Source of the DNA: Cyanophora paradoxa CCMP329 | Lineage: Eukaryota > Plantae > Glaucophyta | Direction of reading: 5' to 3' | Assembly: GCA_004431415.1 (NCBI GenBank) | Contig: QPMI01000322.1 | Coordinates: 1 to 33,230 of the forward strand | DNA length: 33,230 nucleotides | The notes under the pieces: model-generated | The model's database searches: none | The model's input: the letters and a program-made list of their open reading frames with translations, nothing else | Told to the model about the DNA's origin: nothing | Part shown: positions 1-10,800 of the stretch, in pieces | Numbering within the stretch: position 1 is the first letter of the stretch | Layout of the letters: the number at the start of each line of letters is the position of its first letter | Position numbers and translations under genes: made by a program

Positions 1-1850
1 CGGCGGGGCAGGGGGTGGGTCCCTGCGTGCGCGGCGGTCAGACCCAGGCCATATTTAGAATCGCTATCCGTCGACGCGCGTGTAGGGCCCTCGCCGGGCC
101 ATCGGCTGGCGGGGAGCGCGGCCCGGGGCTCGCACCAGGGGTACGGGTTCAGGGGGCGGCGGGGCAGGGGGGAGGGTCCCTGCGCGCGCGGCGGTCAGAC
201 CCAGGCCATATTTAGAATCGCTATCCGTCGACGCGCGCGTGTAGGCCCTCGCCGGGCCATCGGCTGGCGGGGAGCGCGGCCCGGGGCTCGCACCAGGGGT
301 ACAGCGTTCAGGGGGCGGCGGGGGCAGGGGGGGTGGGTCCCTGCACGCGCGGCGGTCAGACCCAGGCCATATTTAGAATCGCTATCCGTCGACGCGCGCT
401 TGTAGGGCCCTCGCCGGGCCATCGGCTGGCGGGGAGCGCGGCCCGGGGCTCGCACCAGGGGTACGGTTCAGGGGGCGGCGGGGGCAGGGGGGAGGGTCCC
501 TGCGCGCGCGGCGGTCAGACCCAGGCCATATTTAGAATCTTTATCCGTCGACGCGCGCTTGTAGGGCCCTCGCCGGGCCATCGGCTGGCGGGAGCGCGGC
601 CCGGGGCTCGCACCAGGGGTACAGCGTTCAGGGGCGGCGGGGGCAGGGGGTGGTCTCTGCGCGCGCGGCGGTCAGACCCAGGCCATATTTAGAATCGCTA
701 TCCGTCGACGCGCGCTTGTAGGGCCCTCGCCGGGCCATCGGCTGGCGGGGAGCGCGGCCCGGGGCTCGCACCAGGGGTACAGCGTTCAGGGGGCGGCGGG
801 GGCAGGGGGTGGGTCCCTGCGCGCGCGGCGGTCAGACCCAGGCCATATTTAGAATCGCTATCCGTTGACGCGCGCTTGTAGGGCCCTCGCCGGGCCATCG
901 GCTGGCGGGGAGCGCGGTCCGGGGCTCGCACCAGGGGTACAGCGTTCAGGGGGCGGCGGGGGCAGGGGGTGGGTCCCTGCGCGCGCGGCGGTCAGACCCA
1001 GGCCATATTTAGAATCGCTATCCGTCGACGCGCGCTTGTAGGGCCCTCGCCGGGCCATCGGCTGGCGGGGAGCGCGGCCCGGGGCTCGCACCAGGGGTAC
1101 AGCGTTCAGGGGGCGGCGGGGGCAGGGGGTGGGTCTCTGCGCGCGCGGCGGTCAGACCCAGGCCATATTTAGAATCGCTATCCGTCGACGCGCGCTTGTA
1201 GGGCCCTCGCCGGGCCATCGGCTGGCGGGGAGCGCGGCCCGGGGCTCGCACCAGGGGTACCGGGTTCAGGGGGCGGCGGGGGCAGGGGGGGAGGGTCCCT
1301 GCGCGCGCGGCGGTCAGACCCAGGCCATATTTAGAATCTTTATCCGTCGACGCGCGCTTATAGGGCCCTCGCCGGGCCATCGGCTGGCGGGGAGCGCGGC
1401 CCGGGGCTCGCACCAGGGGTACAGCGTTCAGGGGGCGGCGGGGGCAGGGGGGGTGGGTCCCTGCGCGCGCGGCGGTCAGACCCAGGCCATATTTAGAATC
1501 GCTATCCGTCGACGCGCGCGTGTAGGGCCCTCGCCGGGCCATCGGCTGGCGGGGAGCGCGGCCCGGGGCTCGCACCAGGGGTACCGGGTTCAGGGGGCGG
1601 CGGGGCAGGGGGAGGTCCCTGCGCGGCGGCGGTCAGACCCAGGCCATATTTAGAATCGCTATCCGTCGACGCGCGCTTGTAGGGCCCTCGCCGGGCCATC
1701 GGCTGGCGGGGAGCGCGGTCCGGGCTCGCACCAGGGGTACAGCGTTCAGGGGGCGGCGGGGCGGGGTGGGTCCTGCGCGCGCGCGGTCAGACCCAGGCCA
1801 TATTTAGAATCTCTATCCGTCGAAGCGCGCTTGTAGCGCCCTCGGCGGGC
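1..1850 (-). repeat. Satellite A, ~160 bp tandem repeat, ~12 copies (left palindrome arm, G-rich on top strand)
   Basis: GGTCAGACCCAGGCCATATTTAGAATC recurs every ~160 bp (about 51, 209, 370 ... 1801). Confidence 0.97.
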
Positions 1851-4800
1851 CTCGATGCGCGAGATTTGAGCAGCGCGCGAGCGCGCGGGCCGGCGCCCGG
1901 GAGCGCAATTGCAAGCGCGTTGCGCGCTCGCGCAACGGAAGCCATATCGCGATCGGCGGGAGCATTGCGCGGGTGCCGGTCGCGCGCGGGTTCTCACACT
2001 GGGCCTCGAGCTCGCGCTTGCCCGCAGTCGACGTCCGCGTGGCCCGGCGCAACTGCCACCTGTGAGCACGTGGCTCCGCTCGCGCGCTCGAGCTCGCCGC
2101 TCGCGCACAGCGCTCGCGCGCTCGCGGCGCAACAGCCAACTGTGTCGCTCGCTGAGGCTGGTTGGCTGGAAACTGCTTCGATGCATGATGTATGAGCGCA
2201 CCTTCTGCCTACCGAGCTCCCGGACGAATGCTGCCGGCTTGCCGAGGGGGGGGGGGTGGCGGGGGGGTATCAGTTCTCGCCAGCTCCCGCAGCTGACGGG
2301 GACCGCGCCGGGCCCCAGCTTGTGGCTGCAAAAGAACGCATATGCGCCGCGCATGCACGCCTTGCTCGCTAGACCCGCCGTAAGCGCCCCAGTGCTGAGC
2401 AGCACGCGGACGCCGCGACGTATATGGGATGACCACTGCTGGCGAGCTCCCGCGCATTTGCAATAGATGTACAGCATGCCATACACCACTCCTGCTTGCA
2501 TATTTACGCCCCCTGCGCCCCGCACTCGATACACACACGGCATATACATACTTCATAGGATTGGCGCATTAGAACGCTAGTATTACCGGCTGCGAGCTCG
2601 CAGCCGGTAATACTAGCGTTCTAATGCGCCAATCCTATGAAGTATGTATATGCCGTGTGTGTATCGATGCGGGGCGCAGGGGCGTAAATATGCAAGCAGG
2701 AGTGGTGTATGGCATGCTGTACATCTATTGCAAATGCGCGGGAGCTCGCCAGCAGTGGTCATCCCATATACGTCGCGGCGTCCGCGTGCTGCTCAGCACT
2801 GGGGCGCTTACGGCGGGTCTAGCGAGCAAGGCGTGCATGCGCGGCGCATATGCGTTCTTTTGCAGCCACAAGCTGGGGCCCGGCGCGGTCCCCGTCAGCT
2901 GCGGGAGCTGGCGAGAACTGATACCCCCCGCCACCCCCCCCCCTCGGCAAGCCGGCAGCATTCGTCCGGAGCTCGGTAGGCAGAAGGTGCGCTCATACAT
3001 CATGCATCGAAGCAGTTTCCAGCCAACCAGCCTCAGCGAGCGACACAGTTGGCTGTTGCGCCGCGAGCGCGCGAGCGCTGTGCGCGAGCGGCGAGCTCGA
3101 GCGCGCGAGCGGAGCCACGTGCTCACAGGTGGCAGTTGCGCCGGGCCACGCGGACGTCGACTGCGGGCAGCAGCGCGAGCTCGAGGCCCAGTGTGAGAAC
3201 CCGCGCGCGACCGGCACCCGCGCAATGCTCCCGCCGATCGCGATATGGCTTCCGTTGCGCGAGCGCGCAACGCGCTTGCAATTGCGCTCCCGGGCGCCGG
3301 CCCGCGCGCTCGCGCGCTGCTCAAATCTCGCGCATCGAGGCCCGCCGAGGGCGCTACAAGCGCGCTTCGACGGATAGAGATTCTAAATATGGCCTGGGTC
3401 TGACCGCCGCGCGCGCAGGGACCCACCCCCTGCCCCCGCCGCCCCCTGAACGCTGTACCCCTGGTGCGAGCCCCGGACCGCGCTCCCCGCCAGCCGATGG
3501 CCCGGCGAGGGCCCTACAAGCGCGCGTCGACGGATAGCGATTCTAAATATGGCCTGGGTCTGACCGCCGCGCGCGCAGGGACCCTCCCCCTGCCCCCGCC
3601 GCCCCCTGAACCCGGTACCCCTGGTGCGAGCCCCGGGCCGCGCTCCCCGCCAGCCGATGGCCCGGCGAGGGCCCTACACGCGCGCGTCGACGGATAGCGA
3701 TTCTAAATATGGCCTGGGTCTGACCGCCGCGCGCGCAGGGACCCACCCCCCCCGCCCCCCCCCCCCCCTGAACGCTGTACCCCTGTGCGAGCCCCGGGCC
3801 GCGCTCCCCGCCAGCCGATGGCCCGGCGAGGGCCCTATAAGCGCGCGTCGACGGATAAAGATTCTAAATATGGCCTGGGTCTGACCGCCGCGCGCGCAGG
3901 GACCCTCCCCCCTGCCCCGCCGCCCCTGAACCGGTACCCCTGGTGCGAGCCCCGGGCCGCGCTCCCGCCAGCCGATGGCCCGGCGAGGGCCCTACAAGCG
4001 CGCGTCGACGGATAGCGATTCTAAATATGGCCTGGGTCTGACCGCCGCGCGCGCAGAGACCCACCCCCTGCCCCCGCCGCCCCCTGAACGCTGTACCCCT
4101 GGTGCGAGCCCGGGCCGCGCTCCCCGCCAGCCGATGGCCCGGCGAGGGCCCTACAAGCGGCGTCGACGGATAGCGATTCTAAATATGGCCTGGGTCTGAC
4201 CGCCGCGCGCGCAGGGACCCACCCCCTGCCCCGCCGCCCCCTGAACGCTGTACCCTGGTGCGAGCCCCGGACCGCGCTCCCCGCCAGCCGATGGCCGGCG
4301 AGGGCCCTACAAGCGCGCGTCAACGGATAGCGATTCTAAATATGGCCTGGGTCTGACCGCCGCGCGCGCAGGGACCCACCCCCTGCCCCCGCCGCCCCCT
4401 GAACGCTGTACCCCTGGTGCGAGCCCCGGGCCGCGCTCCCCGCCAGCCGATGGCCCGGCGAGGGCCCTACAAGCGCGCGTCGACGGATAGCGATTCTAAA
4501 TATGGCCTGGGTCTGACCGCCGCGCGCGCAGAGACCCACCCCCTGCCCCCGCCGCCCCCTGAACGCTGTACCCCTGGTGCGAGCCCCGGGCCGCGCTCCC
4601 CGCCAGCCGATGGCCCGGCGAGGGCCCTACAAGCGCGCGTCGACGGATAAAGATTCTAAATATGGCCTGGGTCTGACCGCCGCGCGCGCAGGGACCCTCC
4701 CCCCCTGCCCCCGCCGCCCCCTGAACCCGGTACCCCTGGTGCGAGCCCCGGGCCGCGCTCCCCGCCAGCCGATGGCCCGGCGAGGGCCCTACAAGCGCGC

Positions 4801-5195
4801 GTCGACGGATAGCGATTCTAAATATGGCCTGGGTCTGACCGCCGCGCGTGCAGGGACCCACCCCCCCTGCCCCCGCCGCCCCCTGAACGCTGTACCCCTG
4901 GTGCGAGCCCCGGGCCGCGCTCCCCGCCAGCCGATGGCCCGGCGAGGGCCCTACACGCGCGCGTCGACGGATAGCGATTCTAATATGGCCTGGGTCTGAC
5001 CGCCGCGCGCGCAGGGACCCTCCCCCCTGCCCCCGCCGCCCCTGAACCCGGTACCCCTGGTGCGAGCCCGGGCCGCGCTCCCGCCAGCCGATGGCCCGGC
5101 GAGGGCCCTACACGCGCGCGTCGACGGATAGCGATTCTAAATATGGCCTGGGTCTGACCGCCGCGCACGCAGGGACCCACCCCCTGCCCCCGCCG
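1..5195. repeat. Large perfect inverted repeat (palindrome) with no spacer, centre between 2596 and 2597; left arm runs off the window edge
   Basis: Centre reads TATTACCGGCTGCGAG|CTCGCAGCCGGTAATA. The unique arm (~1850-2596) mirrors 2597-~3340. Rare satellite variants are also mirrored (GTTGACG ~865 vs CGTCAAC ~4318; CTTATAG ~1357 vs CTATAAG ~3835). The differences I found between arms are small indels. Confidence 0.97.
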
Positions 5196-6825
5196 CCCCT
5201 GAACGCTGTACCCCTGGTGCGAGCCCGGGCCGCGCTCCCCGCCAGCCGATGGCCCGGCGAGGGCCCTACAAGCGCGCGTCGACGGATAGCGATTCTAAAT
5301 ATGGCCTGGGTCTGACCGCCGCGCGCGCAGGGACCACCCCCCCTGCCCCCGCCGCCCCTGAACCCGGTACCCCTGGTGCGAGCCCCGGGCCGCGCTCCCC
5401 GCCAGCCGATGGCCCGGCGAGGGCCTACAAGCGCGCGTCGACGGATAAAGATTCTAAATATGGCCTGGGTCTGACCGCCGCGCGCGCAGGGACCCTCCCC
5501 CCCTGCCCCCCCCCCCCCCTGAACCCGTACCCTGGTGCGAGCCCGGGCCGCGCTCCCCGCCAGCCGATGGCCCGGCGAGGCCCTACAAGCGCGCGTCGAC
5601 GGATAGAGATTCTAAATATGGCCTGGGTCTGACCGCCGCGCGCGCAGGGACCCTCCCCCCCTGCCCCGCCGCCCCTGAACGCTGTACCCCTGGTGCGAGC
5701 CCCGGGCCGCGCTCCCGCCAGCCGATGGCCCGGCGAGGGCCCTACAAGCGCGCGTCGACGGATAAAGATTCTAAATATGGCCTGGGTCTGACCGCCGCGC
5801 GCGCAGGGACCCTCCCCCCTGCCCCCGCCGCCCCCTGAACCCGGTACCCTGGTGCGAGCCCGGGCCGCGCTCCCCGCCAGCCGATGGCCCGGCGAGGGCC
5901 CTACAAGCGCGCGTCGACGGATAGCAATTCTAAATATGGCCTGGGTCTGACCGCCGCGCGCGCAGGGACCCACCCCCCGCTCCCCCGCCGCCCCTGAACG
6001 CTGTACCCTGGTGCGAGCCCCGGGCCGCGCTCCCCCAGCCGATGGCCCGGCGAGGGCCCTACACGCGCGCGTCGACGGATAGCGATTCTAAATATGGCCT
6101 GGGTCTGACCGCCGCGCGCGCAGGACCCTCCCCCCTGCCCCCGCCGCCCCCTGAACCCGGTACCCTGGTGCGAGCCCCGGGCCGCGCTCCCCGCCAGCCG
6201 ATGGCCGGCGAGGGCCCTACACGCGCGCGTCGACGGATAGCGATTCTAAATATGGCCTGGGTCTGACCGCCGCGCACGCAGGGACCCCCCCCTGCCCCCG
6301 CCGCCCCCTGAACGCTGTACCCCTGGTGCGAGCCCCGGGCCGCGCTCCCCGCCAGCCGATGGCCCGGCGAGGGCCCTACAAGCGCGCGTCGACGGATAGC
6401 GATTCTAAATATGGCCTGGGTCTGACCGCCGCGCGCGCAGGGACCCACCCCCCCTGCCCCCGCCGCCCCCTGAACCCGGTACCCCTGGTGCGAGCCCCGG
6501 GCCGCGCTCCCCGCCAGCCGATGGCCCGGCGAGGGCCCTACAAGCGCGCGTCGACGGATAAAGATTCTAAATATGGCCTGGGTCTGACCGCCGCGCGCGC
6601 AGGGACCCTCCCCCCCTGCCCCCGCCGCCCCCTGAACCCGGTACCCCTGGTGCGAGCCCCGGGCCGCGCTCCCCGCCAGCGATGCCGGCGAGGCCCTACA
6701 AGCGCGCGTCGACGGATAGAGATTCTAAATATGGCCTGGGTCTGACCGCCGCGCGCGCAGGGACCCTCCCCCCTGCCCCCGCCGCCCCTGAACGCTGTAC
6801 CCCTGGTGCGAGCCCCGGGCCGTGC
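3340..6825 (+). repeat. Satellite A, ~160 bp tandem repeat, 22 copies (C-rich on top strand)
   Basis: TTCTAAATATGGCCTGGGTCTGACC occurs 22 times from ~3381 to ~6724 (one copy lacks an A). The array ends abruptly at ~6825. Confidence 0.97.
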
Positions 6826-7809
6826 TCTCCGTCAAGAGATGAGATGTAGAGGGAAAATACAAAGCATCTGTACGCATGTTCGACGCATGTGCAAAGCATG
6901 AACACCGCATCCGCTACGCATATGCATGCAATGAAAGTACAACGCATCCGCAACGCATGCTCTCATGCGACTAGGGCAGGCCCGCAACTGAATCGAGGCG
7001 CTGCGAAACAAATACGGGGAACAGAGATATATAATGTAGAAGATGAGCCCGGGGCCCCGGGCGCAAGACGAAAGGCCCGCCTCAATTGCAAGGTAGTGAT
7101 GGGGGCGCATGAGGTGTTGGGCCCGATGAACCGCGCCTGGCCACCCCAGGGCAGGCCCCGCGCCCGAATCGGAGCACTGAAAAGCAACATACTATGAACG
7201 AGGATGCCGAATCTTTAAGATGAGCCGAGGTCTCCGGGCGGCAGGCAAGAGGCGGGCCTCGAGGTTGTGGGGGGGTGCACAGGAGGGGTTGGATCATTTA
7301 TAGCTGATTATCTCTGGATGGAATTCAGATCAATAAGACTCAAGCATATCATGTGAACGACAATAAAAAGCGCTTTCAGAATACATGCCATGTATCGGGC
7401 TCGGATATCCTCCCGCTTAATGGAAATCCGATAAATCGTTCAACGAGCTCTCAAACACATCAACTGATCATCACCCAACTCAGTCATCATGATGAATGAC
7501 CTTGGTTGGACTCTCGATGAGCACTCAACATAAGCATGTATATCGCTTATAAAGACTAATATAAGCCTAATATATCACCCATTCACTGGAACTCGCGTGT
7601 AGTAATTAGATTTTGTGCCACAGTGCTGCCTAGTGCTGCCTATATAGCTAGTGCTGCTTAGTGCCCCCACGTATACTGTGAATGACGGCTCCATGCCGGA
7701 CGATTCCACTAGGACAGACCACAGTGGCACCGTCAGCCAGCTACTTAAAAGCCTTGAAGTCGTCGAGAGTTCACTCGTACATTATTCACATCATAACATA
7801 AACGGAGGG

Positions 7810-10800
7810 GTGGGCAGGGGTGGGTGGGGGGGGGAGGCTCTCTGCGGCCGAGAATTCGATGTCAGGATTAAAGCGACGGCGACGGCGCGCGGGGCCCGCC
7901 GCTGGCGCGCCCGAGGGGCCGAGCCTAGGGGGGGACCCCGGCCGGGAGCGCCCAAGGGGGGTACCTGGTTGCGGGGCGGCCGGGGGGCAGGGGGCGGGCT
8001 CACTGCGGCCGAGAATTCGATGTCAGGACTAATGCGCCGGCGACGGCGCGCGGGGCCCGCCGCTGGCGCGCCCGAGGGGCCGAGCCTAGGGGGGGACCCC
8101 GGCCGGCAGCGCCCAAGGGGGGTACCTGGTTGCGGGGCGGCCGGGGGGCAGGGGGCGGGCTCACTGCGGCCGAGAATTCGATGTCAGGATTAAAGCGACG
8201 GCGACGGCGCGCGGGGCCCGCCGCTAGCGCGCCCGAGGGCCGAGCCTAGGGGGGACCCGGCCGGCAGCGCCCAAGGGGGGTACCTGGTTGCGGGGCGGCG
8301 GGGGGCAGGGGGCGGGCTCACTGCGGCCGAGAATTCGATGTCAGGATTAAAGCGACGGCGACGGCGCGCGGGCCCGCCGCTAGCGCGCCCGAGGGGCCGA
8401 GCCTAGGGGGGGACCCGGCCGGAGCGCCCAAGGGGGGTACCTGGTTGCGGGCGGCCGGGGGGCAGGGGGCGGGCTCACTGCGGCCGAGAATTCGATGTCA
8501 GGATTAAAGCGACGGCGACGGCGCGCGGGGCCCGCCGCTAGCGCGCCCGAGGGGCCGAGCCTAGGGGGGACCCCGGCCGGCAGCGCCCAAGGGGGTACCT
8601 GGTTGCGGGGCGCCGGGGGCAGGGGCGGGCTCACTGCGGCCGAGAATTCGATGTCAGGATTAAAGCGACGGCGACGGCGCGCGGGGCCCGCCGCTAGCGC
8701 GCCCGAGGGGCCGAGCCTAGGGGGGACCCGGCCGGCAGCGCCCAAGGGGGTACCTGGTTGCGGGGCGGCCGGGGGGCAGGGGGCGGGCTCACTGCGGCCG
8801 AGAATTCGATGTCAGGATTAAAGCGACGGCGACGGCGCGCGGGGCCCGCCGCTAGCGCGCCCGAGGGGCGAGCCTAGGGGGGGACCCGGCCGGGAGCGCC
8901 CAAGGGGGGTACCTGGTTGCGGGGCGGCCGGGGGGGCAGGGGGCGGGCTCACTGCGGCGAGAATTCGATGTCAGGATTAAAGCGACGGCGACGGCGCGCG
9001 GGGCCGCCGCTAGCGCGCCGAGGGGCCGAGCCTAGGGGGGACCCCGGCCGGGAGCGCCCAAGGGGGTACCTGGTTGCGGGCGGCCGGGGGGCAGGGGCGG
9101 GCTCACTGCGGCCGAGAATTCGATGTCAGGATTAAAGCGACGGCGACGGCGCGCGGGCCCGCCGCTAGCGCGCCCGAGGGGCCGAGCCTAGGGGGGACCC
9201 GGCCGGCAGCGCCCAAGGGGGTACCTGGTTGCGGGGCGGCCGGGGGGCAGGGGCGGGCTCACTGCGGCCGAGAATTCGATGTCAGGATTAAAGCGACGGC
9301 GACGGCGCGCGGGGCCGCGCTAGCGCGCCCGAGGGCCGAGCTAGGGGGGACCCCGGCCGGCAGCGCCCAAGGGGGTACCTGGTTGCGGGGCGGCCGGGGG
9401 GGCAGGGGCGGGCTCACTGCGCCGAGAATTCGATGTCAGGATTAAAGCGACGGCGACGGCGCGCGGGGCCGCCGCTAGCGCGCCCGAGGGGCCGAGCCTA
9501 GGGGGGACCCCGGCCGGCAGCGCCCAAGGGGGTACCTGGTTGCGGGCGGCCGGGGGCAGGGGCGGGCTCACTGCGGCCGAGAATTCGATGTCAGGATTAA
9601 AGCGACGGCGACGGCGCGCGGGGCCCGCCGCTAGCGCGCCCGAGGGGCCGAGCCTAGGGGGGACCCCGGCCGGCAGCGCCCAAGGGGGTACCTGGTTGCG
9701 GGGCGGCCGGGGGCAGGGGGCGGGCTCACTGCGGCCGAGAATTCGATGTCAGGATTAAAGCGACGGCGACGGCGCGCGGGGCCCGCGCTAGCGCGCCCGA
9801 GGGGCCGAGCCTAGGGGGGACCCCGGCCGGGAGCGCCCAAGGGGGGTACCTGGTTGCGGGGCGGCCGGGGGGCAGGGGCGGGCTCACTGCGGCCGAGAAT
9901 TCGATGTCAGGATTAAAGCGACGGCGACGGCGCGCGGGCCCGCCGCTAGCGCGCCCGAGGGGCCGAGCCTAGGGGGGACCCGGCCGGGAGCGCCCAAGGG
10001 GGTACCTGGTTGCGGGGCGGCCGGGGGGCAGGGGGCGGGCTCACTGCGGCCGAGAATTCGATGTCAGGATTAAAGCGACGGCGACGGCGCGCGGGGCCCG
10101 CCGCTAGCGCGCCCGAGGGCCGAGCCTAGGGGGGACCCGGCCGGGAGCGCCCAAGGGGGTACCTGGTTGCGGGGCGGCCGGGGGGCAGGGGGCGGGCTCA
10201 CTGCGGCCGAGAATTCGATGTCAGGATTAAAGCGACGGCGACGGCGCGCGGGGCCCGCCGCTAGCGCGCCCGAGGGGCCGAGCCTAGGGGGGACCCGGCC
10301 GGCAGCGCCCAAGGGGGTACCTGGTTGCGGGGCGGCCGGGGGGCAGGGGCGGGCTCACTGCGGCCGAGAATTCGATGTCAGGATTAAAGCGACGGCGACG
10401 GCGCGCGGGGCCCGCCGCTAGCGCGCCCGAGGGCCGAGCCTAGGGGGGACCCGGCCGGCAGCGCCCAAGGGGGGTACCTGGTTGCGGGGCGGCCGGGGGG
10501 CAGGGGCGGGCTCACTGCGGCCGAGAATTCGATGTCAGGATTAAAGCGACGGCGACGGCGCGCGGGCCCGCCGCTAGCGCGCCCGGGGGGCCGGGCCTAG
10601 GGGGGGACCCCGGCCGGGAGCGCCCAAGGGGGGTACCTGGTTGCGGGGCGGCCGGGGGGGCAGGGGGCGGGCTCACTGCGGCCGAGAATTCGATGTCAGG
10701 ATTAAAGCGACGGCGACGGCGCGCGGGGCCCGCCGCTAGCGCGCCCGAGGGGCCGAGCCTAGGGGGGGACCCGGCCGGCAGCGCCCAAGGGGGTACCTGG

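Noticed and set aside
1-2700. Canonical telomere repeats or a sequencing adapter at the palindrome centre
   Set aside because: No TTAGGG-like arrays and no adapter-like spacer are present.
2600-2730. Homology between the palindrome's unique arm and the foldback outer arm (AGCAG..TGG..GCATGCT similarity to ~14951-14975)
   Set aside because: The similarity is too short and gapped to support by eye.
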